This document shows, one piece after another, positions 16,957-25,612 of a stretch of DNA of 64,000 bases (its first letter is position 1; every line of letters begins with the position of its first letter). The translations under genes were made by a program, and so were the position numbers. The notes under the pieces were generated by a model, which worked only from the letters and a program-made list of their open reading frames with translations, ran no database searches and had not been told where the DNA came from. Source of the stretch: Oscillospiraceae bacterium (GTDB lineage Bacteria > Bacillota > Clostridia > Oscillospirales > Oscillospiraceae); assembly GCA_017516065.1 (NCBI GenBank), contig JAFWDQ010000024.1, forward strand, positions 2,968 to 66,967, written 5' to 3'.

Positions 16957-17894
16957 ATTCGCTCCGCCACCCGCAGCTTTGCGCTTCGGGCGCGGGGATT
17001 CTCTTCCAATTCCCCGGGGGCCGCCTGGATGGGCTTTCTGGTCACCAGTCGGACTTTCGGGCTCTGTCCGCAGGTGCAGACCGGAAAATCCGGCGGGCAG
17101 ATACAGCCCTTTGCCAGCCCCTGCAGGCTCTGCTTGACGATGCGGTCCTCCAGCGAATGGAACGTGATGACTGCCAGCCGTCCGCCGGGCGCCAGCCGCT
17201 CCACCGCAACCGGAATCAACTCCTCCACCGCCGCCAGTTCGTCATTGACGGCGATGCGGATGGCCTGAAAGGTCCGTTTCGCCGGGTGCTGGGCCTCCCG
17301 CAGGGCTGCCCCCGGCATGGCGCCGCGGATCAGCTCGGCGAGTTCCCCCGTGGTCTCTATGGGCTCACGCGCTCTTCTCTGCACGATAGCCCGGGCAATG
17401 GCGGGAGCGTAGCGCTCCTCGCCGTAGGTGTACAGGATTCGCTTCAGGTCTGCCTCCGGCCACTCATTGACCACGGTGCGGGCTGTCAGGCCCTCGCGCC
17501 GGTCCATGCGCATGTCCAGAGGCGCGTCATGGAGATAGGAGAAGCCCCGCTCTCCGTCGTCCAGCTGCGGAGAGGATACCCCCAGGTCGAACAGCATCCC
17601 GTCGGCCAGGTCCATGCCCGCCTCGTCCATCAGCCGGGACAGGTCCCGGAAGTTGCCGTGGAGAAAGGTAATCCGGTCGGCGCAGAAGGCCAGCCTGTCC
17701 GCCGCGCCGGCGAAGGCCGCCTCGTCCCGGTCGATGCACAGCAGCCGTCCTCCCGCCGTCAGGCGGCGGGCGATCTCGGCGGCGTGCCCGCCTCGGCCCA
17801 GGGTCCCGTCCACATACCGGCCCTCCGGCCGGATGGCCAGCGCATCCACGGACTCGGTCAGCAGCACCGGCCGGTGGCTCTGCTCCGTGCTCAC
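16953..17894 (-). CDS. rsmH: 16S rRNA (cytosine1402-N4)-methyltransferase
   Basis: HRPVLLTESVDAL..., DGTLGRGGHA, DLGVSSPQLD and FHSLEDRIVK motifs. Confidence 0.96.
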   Translation of the reverse strand: MSTEQSHRPVLLTESVDALAIRPEGRYVDGTLGRGGHAAEIARRLTAGGRLLCIDRDEAAFAGAADRLAFCADRITFLHGNFRDLSRLMDEAGMDLADGMLFDLGVSSPQLDDGERGFSYLHDAPLDMRMDRREGLTARTVVNEWPEADLKRILYTYGEERYAPAIARAIVQRRAREPIETTGELAELIRGAMPGAALREAQHPAKRTFQAIRIAVNDELAAVEELIPVAVERLAPGGRLAVITFHSLEDRIVKQSLQGLAKGCICPPDFPVCTCGQSPKVRLVTRKPIQAAPGELEENPRARSAKLRVAERI

Positions 17895-18331
17895 AGGCCC
17901 AGGGTCTCCATGGCGGTGAGGAGCGTCTCAGCCGACAGGTCCTCCATCTCCGCCCAGCGGTCCGCGTTCCAGATCTCCGCCTTGCCCAGAGCGCCGTTGA
18001 TCACGACGTCCTTTTCCAGGTTGGCGTAGCGACGCAGCTTCACGGGGATCAGGATGCGGCCCTGCCCGTCCGTCTCACACTTGCAGGCGTTGGCGAAGAA
18101 CGTGCGCATGGCTCTGGCCTGGGCCGCCGGCAGCTGCGCCACCTTCTCGGTGAACTGCTGCCAGCTCTCCTCGGAGTAGAGGCAGAGGCAGGCGTCCATG
18201 CCCATGGCGAGATAGCAGACCGCCCCCAGCTCCTCCCGGAGCTTCGCCGGGATCGCCAGCCTGTTTTTATCGTCGATCGTATGGTGATACGACCCTGTCA
18301 GAGCGACCACTTTTCTCACCTGCCTCCCCAT
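17891..18331 (-). CDS. mraZ: transcriptional regulator MraZ
   Basis: Two SpoVT/AbrB-type repeats, DDKNRLAIPAKLR and DGQGRILIPVKLR. First gene of the dcw cluster. Confidence 0.95.
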   Translation of the reverse strand: MGRQVRKVVALTGSYHHTIDDKNRLAIPAKLREELGAVCYLAMGMDACLCLYSEESWQQFTEKVAQLPAAQARAMRTFFANACKCETDGQGRILIPVKLRRYANLEKDVVINGALGKAEIWNADRWAEMEDLSAETLLTAMETLGL

Positions 18332-18353
18332 TGTCGGTGGAGGCTGTGGTACT

Positions 18354-18375
18354 CTTCCCCACTTCTCCCCACCGG
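18354..18375 (-). promoter_or_regulatory. candidate MraZ boxes in the mraZ leader
   Basis: Minus strand reads GGTGGGGAGAAGTGGGGAAGAGTACC. Two GTGGGG repeats at 10-bp spacing, plus a degenerate third, lie 23-45 nt upstream of the mraZ ATG. Confidence 0.45.
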
Positions 18376-18546
18376 ATTATCTATAGTCTACATAATCCGG
18401 TAACAAATTGCAATAGTAAAATTGATTTTTTTTCGTGATTTTTTCTCTTTGAGCCGTAAAAATCAGCTCATTTTCGGCAAATAGCACAAACGTTCTATAT
18501 CGCTCATCCGGCCGAAGGGCCTGATGGAGAGATCTTTTACAGAAAG

Positions 18547-19449
18547 TTACGCGTCCTTCCCGGTGCTCCGGCTGCCGGCCAGAGTGAGAAAACGGCGCGC
18601 CGCCGGGGACAGGCCGACGCTCTCAAGGTAGCAGGCGCCGACGCTGCGCCGGGGCACCGGCGGGTCCACCTCCACCCGGAACACCCCGTCGGCGCCGATG
18701 ACGCTGCGGGAGAATTCCTCGATGACGCAGGCCACTCCCAGGCCGATCCTGGCGCAGTCCGCCAGCAGGTCGTGGGCGCCCAGCTCAATGGCGGGCTGCA
18801 GGGCCACGCCGGCGGACAGGAAGTGCCGGTCGATCCAGCGGCGGGAGTTGGAGGTCTGCTCCAGCAGGATCAGAGACTGCTCCGCCAGCTCTGCCAGACC
18901 TACGGTCCGGCCCCGGAGATCATCGTAGGCGGGACCGGCAATAAACACGTCGTGGATGGGGCAGCAGGGTTCCGTCACCACGCCGGGCGCGCTCAGGGGG
19001 AGATTGACAAAGCCGATGTCGATCCTGCCCTCCTCCAGAAGCTGTACCGTCTCCCGGGAGGTGCGGTTGGTGATGCGCAGGGCCACGTCGGGATAACTGC
19101 GGTGGAACTCCTCGATCACAGGCAGCAGGAACCATTTCGTCACGGTATCGCCGGCGCCGATGCGCAGCTCCCCGGCGTCCAGACTGTCCAGCTGGGAGAC
19201 GCGCCCCTCCCCTGCCGTCAGCAGGTTCAGCGCCGACCGGGCGTAGCTGTAGAGGAGCTCGCCCTCCGGGGTCAGGGTCACGCCCCGGGCGCCCCGGACG
19301 AACAGCTTGGCGTCCAGCCGCTGCTCCAGCTGCTGGACCGCCTGGCTCACGGCCGGCTGGGTCACGTACAGCTCCCGGGCCGCGCCGGAAAAGGTCCCGG
19401 CACGGACCACCGCGCAGAAGATGCGATAGAGGTCTAAATTCCCTTTCAC
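18547..19449 (-). CDS. LysR-family transcriptional regulator
   Basis: N-terminal HTH FCAVVRAGTFSGAARELYVTQPAVSQAVQQLE plus a LysR substrate-binding domain. 300 aa. Confidence 0.9.
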   Translation of the reverse strand: MKGNLDLYRIFCAVVRAGTFSGAARELYVTQPAVSQAVQQLEQRLDAKLFVRGARGVTLTPEGELLYSYARSALNLLTAGEGRVSQLDSLDAGELRIGAGDTVTKWFLLPVIEEFHRSYPDVALRITNRTSRETVQLLEEGRIDIGFVNLPLSAPGVVTEPCCPIHDVFIAGPAYDDLRGRTVGLAELAEQSLILLEQTSNSRRWIDRHFLSAGVALQPAIELGAHDLLADCARIGLGVACVIEEFSRSVIGADGVFRVEVDPPVPRRSVGACYLESVGLSPAARRFLTLAGSRSTGKDA

Positions 19450-19471
19450 TCGTAATCTCTCTCAATCAACC

Positions 19472-19488
19472 TATAACCAAAAATTATA
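19472..19488. promoter_or_regulatory. LTTR-box-like palindrome in the LysR / CofE-like divergent region
   Basis: TATAAccaaaaaTTATA, an inverted repeat of T-N11-A type, 23 nt upstream of the LysR start. Confidence 0.4.
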
Positions 19489-19608
19489 CCATCTATTGCA
19501 AAGAAAACATTTACTAATGTGAAGATCTGTGTCATACTGATTATATGTGAGCTTTTTCAGCCCCGGACGCGCTTTGCGCTGTCCTAAATCAATAGGAGGT
19601 TATGATCC

Positions 19609-20799
19609 ATGAGAACCGTCGGTACCATTTCCAGAGGCATCCGCGCCCCCATTATCAGCCGGGGCGACGACCTCGTCCCCATCGTCGTCGACAGCCTGCT
19701 GGCTGCGTCCCGGGAGGAGGGCTTCTCCTTCCGCGACAGAGACGTGGTCTGCGTCACGGAGTCCGTGGTGGCCCGCTGCTTCGGCAACTACGCCTCTGTG
19801 GACGACATCGCCGCAGACGTGTCCGCCAAGTTCGGGTCGGATACCATCGGCGTCATCTTCCCCATCCTCTCCCGCAACCGCTTTGCCATCTGCCTGCGGG
19901 GCATCGCAAAGGGCGTGAAGAAGATCTATCTGATGCTCAGCTATCCCTCCGACGAGGTGGGCAACCATCTCTTCGACGAGGACCTGCTGGACGAGAAGGG
20001 CGTCAATCCCTGGAGCGACGTGCTCACCCTTGACCGCTACCGGGAGCTGTTCGGATATCCCCTGCACCCCTTCACCGGCATCGACTACGTGGCTTACTAC
20101 ATGGAGCTGATCCGCAGCTGCGGCTGTGAGGTGGAGGTCATCTTCGCCAATCACGCGGCGGCCATCCTGGACTACACGAAAAACGTCCTGGCCTGCGACA
20201 TCCACACCAGAGCCCGGACCAAGCGCCGTCTGCTGAAAGCCGGGGCGGAGAAGGTCTTCTCTCTGGACGAGCTGCTCACGGCGCCGGTGAACGGCAGCGG
20301 CTATAACGAGCAGTTCGGTCTGCTGGGCTCCAACAAGGCCACCGAGGAGACCGTCAAGCTCTTCCCCCGGGACTGCCAGCCCTTCGTGAATGAACTGCAG
20401 AAGCGGCTCATTGAGGAGACCGGCAAGCACATCGAGGTGATGGTCTACGGCGACGGCGCCTTTAAGGATCCCGTGGGCAAGATCTGGGAGCTGGCCGATC
20501 CCGTCGTCTCCCCCGCCTGTACCCCCGGCCTGATGGGCACTCCCAACGAGCTGAAGATCAAGTATCTGGCGGATAACGAGTTCGGCGCTCTCTCCGGCGA
20601 AGCTCTGGCCGATGCCATCAGGATCTCCATCCGGAGCAAGGAATCCAACCTTGTAGGCAACATGGCTTCCGAGGGGACCACTCCCCGTCAGCTGACGGAT
20701 CTGATCGGCTCTCTGTGCGATCTGACCTCCGGATCCGGCGACAAGGGCACGCCCATCGTGCTGATCCAGGGGTACTTCGACAACTATTCCAACGACTGA
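19609..20799 (+). CDS. CofE / F420-0:gamma-glutamyl ligase-like domain protein (function unknown in this context)
   Basis: The N-terminal IISRGDDLVPIVVDSL...DRDVVCVTESVVARCFG pattern resembles CofE (PF01996). 396 aa. AGGAGG lies 8 nt before the ATG. Confidence 0.55.
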   Translation: MRTVGTISRGIRAPIISRGDDLVPIVVDSLLAASREEGFSFRDRDVVCVTESVVARCFGNYASVDDIAADVSAKFGSDTIGVIFPILSRNRFAICLRGIAKGVKKIYLMLSYPSDEVGNHLFDEDLLDEKGVNPWSDVLTLDRYRELFGYPLHPFTGIDYVAYYMELIRSCGCEVEVIFANHAAAILDYTKNVLACDIHTRARTKRRLLKAGAEKVFSLDELLTAPVNGSGYNEQFGLLGSNKATEETVKLFPRDCQPFVNELQKRLIEETGKHIEVMVYGDGAFKDPVGKIWELADPVVSPACTPGLMGTPNELKIKYLADNEFGALSGEALADAIRISIRSKESNLVGNMASEGTTPRQLTDLIGSLCDLTSGSGDKGTPIVLIQGYFDNYSND

Positions 20800-20937
20800 T
20801 TTCAAAAGTGTCTGTTTCAGGTGGTTTACAGTAATCGGCCGATCCTGCCGCGTTTGAGGGAATTTTGTAACTATTTGAAGGATTTCCCCGTTTACATTTA
20901 ATTATGGGCCTACAAGAATTTCCTTCCTATGCGAGAT

Positions 20938-20966
20938 ATTGTAGCACAGATACGGAAATATGGCAA
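20938..20966 (-). promoter_or_regulatory. near-consensus orphan promoter firing toward the 3' end of the CofE-like gene
   Basis: Minus strand: TTGCCA (20961-20966), 17 nt, TGcTACAAT (extended -10, 20938-20946). No ORF with an RBS follows. Confidence 0.5.
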
Positions 20967-21250
20967 TATGAAGTGGAACAAAAAATAACAAAAAAATAAA
21001 ACTTTTTTGAAGTTGGTTACAAAAAGATTTGGACCGTAACAGCGCAGGCGGCGCTGCGCGGCTCCTCTCTCCCGACGCAGCGGAGCGGCTTCAGCCATCT
21101 TTTTGACCGATCTCGGCGCGGCGGCGGGGACAGATGTCCCCGCCGCCGCTTCGTCTGACCGCGCCGTCGGTGCAGGCTGGCTTTTGCCGACGCTTGTCAA
21201 CCGGCGGCTTTCGGTGTAGGATAGACCTATCACGCAGAGGAGGGACCACC

Positions 21251-22402
21251 ATGACCGAGCGTCTTTACGATCAGGACAGTCACATCCGCCGGTTTTCCGC
21301 CGTGGTGCAGGCATGCCTGCCGGCGGGGGACGGCTGGGAGATATCTTTGGACCGCACCGCCTTTTTCCCCGGCGGCGGCGGGCAGGAACCGGACACCGGC
21401 GTCATGGGCGGCGTCCGGGTCACCGGCGGACGGGAGGACGGCGACGGCACCGTCTGGCACCGTACCGACGGACCGCTGGAGCCCGGCACGGCGGTGGACT
21501 GCGCCATCGACTGGCCGGTGCGCTTCCGGCGGATGCAGCATCACTCCGGGGAGCACATCCTGTCCGGGCTCACCTGTGCGGCGCATCATTGTAATAATGT
21601 GGGCTTCCACATGGATCCCGACGGCGTGGTCATCGACTTCGACGTTTTTCTGTCCCGGGAACAGCTGGCGGAGCTGGAGCGCCGCGCCAACGAGGCGATC
21701 TGCCGGGATCTGCCGGTATCTGTCGAGTATCCCGACGGGGAAACGCTGGCGGAGCTCGACTACCGCAGCAAGCTGGAGCTGACGGAGCGGGTCCGCATCG
21801 TCACGATCCCCGGGGTGGACTGCTGCGCCTGCTGCGCGCCCCATGTCCGGCGCACCGGCGAAGTGGGGCAGCTGCGGATCGTTGACGCGGAAAAGCACAA
21901 GGGCGGCGTGCGTCTGCGGGTCCTCTGCGGCGCCGCCGCAGACGAGGATACCCGGGTAAAGCTGGAAAACGTGGCGGCCATCTCCGCCCTGCTGTCGGCA
22001 AAGCAGCCGGAGACGGCGGCGGCGGTGCAGCGGCTGCTGGAGGAGCGGGACGCTCTGAAGCAGACGGTGAACGCACTGAAAAACCGCCTTGTGGAGCTGC
22101 AGCTGGCCGCCCTGTCCCCCACGGAGGGAAACCTGTGCCTGTTCCCGGAGGGCTTCGATCCCATCCAGTGCCGCCAGCTGGCTGACAGCGCCGCGGAGCT
22201 CTGCTCCGGCGTCTGCGTCGTCTTTTCCGGCAGCGACGGGGAGGGGTATCAGTACGTCATGGCCAGCCAAACGGCGGATATGCAGGCCGTGGCAAAGGCC
22301 TTCAACGCCGCCCTCCAGGGCAGAGGCGGCGGCCGCGGCGCCATGGTGCAGGGGGCGGTCAGGGCCACCCGTGCGGCCATTGAGGCGTATTTTCACCAAT
22401 AA
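21251..22402 (+). CDS. alaX: alanyl-tRNA editing protein AlaX-L (tRNA synthetase class II SAD domain)
   Basis: Editing-site zinc motifs HSGEHILSG and CCACCAPHV. Start at MTERLY is preceded by GAGGAGGGA. Confidence 0.85.
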   Translation: MTERLYDQDSHIRRFSAVVQACLPAGDGWEISLDRTAFFPGGGGQEPDTGVMGGVRVTGGREDGDGTVWHRTDGPLEPGTAVDCAIDWPVRFRRMQHHSGEHILSGLTCAAHHCNNVGFHMDPDGVVIDFDVFLSREQLAELERRANEAICRDLPVSVEYPDGETLAELDYRSKLELTERVRIVTIPGVDCCACCAPHVRRTGEVGQLRIVDAEKHKGGVRLRVLCGAAADEDTRVKLENVAAISALLSAKQPETAAAVQRLLEERDALKQTVNALKNRLVELQLAALSPTEGNLCLFPEGFDPIQCRQLADSAAELCSGVCVVFSGSDGEGYQYVMASQTADMQAVAKAFNAALQGRGGGRGAMVQGAVRATRAAIEAYFHQ

Positions 22403-22481
22403 AGGCAATCATCATAAAAGCGAGGAAGGACGCACTGAAAAAGCAGCGCGTCCTTCCTCATTACAGAGGGCTATAAAAACA

Positions 22482-23321
22482 CTATTTTCGCTCTTCGACC
22501 GTATCCATCCGGTCTCCGATCCACATCCCCTGACAGACACGCACCTCTCCCTCGGTCTCCATCTTTCGCATCAACTCCTCCCGCAGGCAGATGCGCCCCC
22601 TTTCAAACAGGAGAGTAATCGTAGAGCCTGCCAGTTCAAAGCGGCCCTTCTCCATCCCCTTGCAAAACCGGGTGTTCTGCATTTGATTAAAGATGCCGCC
22701 GACAAGGAGCGCGCCTACTTCCGTCTGGACCACCGGGCCGAAGTGCTCGGTTGTAAGCAAACTCCAGCAACGGCGATTGAGAACAAAGACCGGGTATTTT
22801 TCACAGGCCACCGGCTGGACACTGTGGAGCACGCCTTGAATATAATGATGCTTCCCCTGATAGCCGTCGTCAATATAGCAGTAGCGGTGATAGTCGGAAA
22901 GGCACAGGCGAAAGATCAGACAGTCCCCGCCGTGATAATTCTGCGCAAGCTTCCGATCTCCCAGCAGATCCTCCAGGCGATAGTGAGAACCCTTGATGGC
23001 AAAACTGCTGTCCGCCTGGATCGGGCAGGCGCTCAGCCAGCCGTCGCAGGGACTGATCAGATGATCCGTCGCGGCGTCAAAATCAGCGTCTCTTCGGCTC
23101 CTGGCAAAAAACTCCCGATAGCTGTGAAAGGGGCGCTGCAGCCGCTCTGCAGACGGAATGCCGTACCGCCGGATGTGCAGCGCCACCAGCGGCCGCGAAA
23201 GCGGCGACGAGAGAAAAAGGATAATCAACCATTCCGCATGGCTGATCTGGATCAGCCGAAGCAGCAGCCGCCCGATCACGGTCTGGTAGAAAATGCGGGC
23301 AATCCACGTGCTTTCTTTCAT
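22482..23321 (-). CDS. psd: phosphatidylserine decarboxylase proenzyme
   Basis: LSDYHRYCYIDDG and the self-cleavage-type motif ELAGSTITLLF. Start at MKESTW is preceded by GGAGGGAGG. Confidence 0.85.
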   Translation of the reverse strand: MKESTWIARIFYQTVIGRLLLRLIQISHAEWLIILFLSSPLSRPLVALHIRRYGIPSAERLQRPFHSYREFFARSRRDADFDAATDHLISPCDGWLSACPIQADSSFAIKGSHYRLEDLLGDRKLAQNYHGGDCLIFRLCLSDYHRYCYIDDGYQGKHHYIQGVLHSVQPVACEKYPVFVLNRRCWSLLTTEHFGPVVQTEVGALLVGGIFNQMQNTRFCKGMEKGRFELAGSTITLLFERGRICLREELMRKMETEGEVRVCQGMWIGDRMDTVEERK

Positions 23322-23517
23322 TGATCTGCCTCCCTCCGCTGGCAGACCCTTTCTTGTGACGGAACAGATCCACCATAACATATGAGACCAGTATAGGCGG
23401 TAATTCTTAATTTGGGACTCCAGAATTTCTTAAGAAATCTGAATTTCTCCACTGTGCTCTTTTCTTGGTCGACGCAAACCGATATAATGGTTTTTGTCAG
23501 AATGGGAGGCGTGCGCT

Positions 23518-24213
23518 GTGAACGAGAAAAAAATACTCCTTGCAGACGACGATCCTGCAATCCGAGAGGTCCTCTGTCTCCTCCTGTCCGGAGAGGGCTA
23601 TACGGCTGTTGCGGCCGCCAACGGTCAGGAGGTCCTGCGTCTGCTGGATGATACGGTTGATCTGGTCATTCTGGACATCATGATGCCCGGGATGAGCGGC
23701 TATTCCGTCTGCACAGAAATACGAAAACGCTCTGCCGTCCCCATCTTGTTTCTGACCGCCAAATCCCAGGACTCTGACAAGACGCTGGGCTTTTCCGCCG
23801 GCGGAGACGATTATCTGGTCAAGCCCTTCTCCTGCAATGAGCTGATCAACCGGGTCAAGGCCTTGCTGCGGCGCTATTACGTCTATGGTGCCAAGCAAAC
23901 GGAGCCGGACGACACGATCCGCTGCTGCGGCAATATTGAGATCGACGTGCGCCAGTGCCAGGTCCGGCAGGACGGCCGGGAGGTGCTGCTGACAGATACG
24001 GAATACCGCATCCTCCTGCTGCTGGCCTCCCACCCAAAACGAGTCTTCTCCGCCCAGGCTATCTATGAGAGCATCTGGGACGAGCCGTATCTCTATACCT
24101 CCAACAACACCGTGATGGTGCACATCCGAAATATCCGCCGGAAGCTGGGGGACGATCCCCAGAACTGCCGCACCATCCGCACCGTTTGGGGAAGGGGGTA
24201 CCGCATTGAGTAG
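23518..24213 (+). CDS. OmpR-family response regulator
   Basis: Receiver domain KILLADDDPAIREVL...DLVILDIMMPGMSG and a winged helix ending RTVWGRGYRIE. GTG start follows GGGAGG; TATAAT at 23483-23488. Confidence 0.9.
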   Translation: MNEKKILLADDDPAIREVLCLLLSGEGYTAVAAANGQEVLRLLDDTVDLVILDIMMPGMSGYSVCTEIRKRSAVPILFLTAKSQDSDKTLGFSAGGDDYLVKPFSCNELINRVKALLRRYYVYGAKQTEPDDTIRCCGNIEIDVRQCQVRQDGREVLLTDTEYRILLLLASHPKRVFSAQAIYESIWDEPYLYTSNNTVMVHIRNIRRKLGDDPQNCRTIRTVWGRGYRIE

Positions 24214-25567
24214 AGCAGGGCAACTGCACAGCCTGAGCGCACAGCTGTTTTTCCGCGTTCTGCTGTCCCTGCTGGCGGGTGCCGCGGTCTTTTTCGCGCT
24301 TTTTTCCGCCGGGAACCTTCTGGTGGACCGGTCCGTATACGGACGACCCTTTGCCAAACAGATGGCAGACCATGAGTTTGCCCGGCTTCAGGCCTATGTG
24401 GAACAGGAACAGATCACAACAGCAGATCTGGATCGGCTTGACACCTGGTGCAGCCGCGCCGACAAGCTCTATCTCACCATCTACCGGGACGGCGTCCTGC
24501 TCTATGTCTCTCCCCAACCCTGGCTGGTCTCAACAGACCCGGCGGACTTCGATCCGGATTCGGAAAACCCGGAATGTGCACACCTCCTGACCCTCAGTGA
24601 CGGCACCGTCACCCGGGTGTTCCTGTACTGTGCCGTCGGCAATATGTTCTATTTCTGGGTTGCTGCGGCCGCCGGCGCTCTGGCCTTTCTGACCTTCTCC
24701 CTCTGCTTCATCACCTTCGTGCGCCGAAAGCTCCGGTATGTCAAACAGCTGAAGGCGGAGTTGGACATCCTGGCCAGCGGTCAGTTGGACTATCCGGTCA
24801 CTGTGCACGGCACAGACGAGTTGGGTGAGCTGGCTGCCGGGATTGACCAGATGCGGCAGTCCATCCTGCACCACCGGGACACGGAGGATCAGATCCGCAC
24901 CGCTAACTCCCGGCTGGTCACCGCCATGTCCCACGATCTGCGCACCCCGCTGACTTCTCTGCTGGGGTATCTGGAGCTGCTGGATCAGGGCCGGTATGCC
25001 GACGAGACTCAGCTGCGCCGCTTTACCCGTCAGAGTCTGGAACAGGCACTGCGGATCAAAACCATGGCAGATCAGCTCTTTGAATACTTTCTCGTCTACG
25101 CCTCCGAGGAAGAGCGACCAGACATGACACTGGAGGATGCGGATACGATCTTTCTCCAGTTCTGGCAGGAATACACCTTTGCTTTGGAAAGTCAAGGCTT
25201 TATCGTGAACCTGGCATTCTCCCCCCTGCGGGGCCGGGTGGAGATCAATCTGGAGCTGCTGCGCCGGGCCTTCGATAATCTCTATGCCAACCTGCTCAAA
25301 TATGCGGCGCCCTCCCACCCCATCGAGATCATCTGCCGCCGCGAAGGCGATGCGCTGCGCCTGTGTCTCGTCAACGGGGTCTCGCCCCGACAGGATCGGC
25401 GAGAGAGCACGAACATCGGCCTGAATACCTGTCGCCGTATTTTACAGCTCCATGGCGGCAGCTTTGACAGCGCAGAAAATGACGGCACCTTCTGCGTGGA
25501 GCTTACAATACCTCTCCTGGCGTATCCCGCTGAGGAACAGGCCGAGGCAGTCCCTCTGCCTTTTTGA
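24206..25567 (+). CDS. sensor histidine kinase (2 TM, HAMP, HisKA, HATPase_c)
   Basis: H-box SHDLRTPLTSLLGYLELL and an ATPase domain NLLKYAAP...GLNTCRRILQLHGG. TTG start overlaps the regulator's stop. Confidence 0.9.
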   Translation: MSRAGQLHSLSAQLFFRVLLSLLAGAAVFFALFSAGNLLVDRSVYGRPFAKQMADHEFARLQAYVEQEQITTADLDRLDTWCSRADKLYLTIYRDGVLLYVSPQPWLVSTDPADFDPDSENPECAHLLTLSDGTVTRVFLYCAVGNMFYFWVAAAAGALAFLTFSLCFITFVRRKLRYVKQLKAELDILASGQLDYPVTVHGTDELGELAAGIDQMRQSILHHRDTEDQIRTANSRLVTAMSHDLRTPLTSLLGYLELLDQGRYADETQLRRFTRQSLEQALRIKTMADQLFEYFLVYASEEERPDMTLEDADTIFLQFWQEYTFALESQGFIVNLAFSPLRGRVEINLELLRRAFDNLYANLLKYAAPSHPIEIICRREGDALRLCLVNGVSPRQDRRESTNIGLNTCRRILQLHGGSFDSAENDGTFCVELTIPLLAYPAEEQAEAVPLPF

Positions 25568-25577
25568 CGGTATGTCC

Positions 25578-25606
25578 TTGACTGGCATAAACAAACAGAA
25601 TATGAT
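25578..25606 (+). promoter_or_regulatory. consensus-like sigma-A promoter with no downstream ORF
   Basis: TTGACT (25578-25583), 17 nt, TATGAT (25601-25606), starting 11 nt after the kinase stop. Confidence 0.45.
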
Positions 25607-25612
25607 ATGTGC

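Noticed and set aside
21000-21250. Considered a T-box or other riboswitch leader upstream of the alanyl-tRNA editing gene. The hairpin GCGGCGGCGGGGAC-AGAT-GTCCCCGCCGCCGC lies at 21118-21149.
   Set aside because: No T-box sequence (AGAGA/GNUGG...UGGNACCGCG) or specifier architecture is seen. The hairpin lacks a U-run. alaX has its own promoter just downstream. Left as unexplained GC-rich structure.
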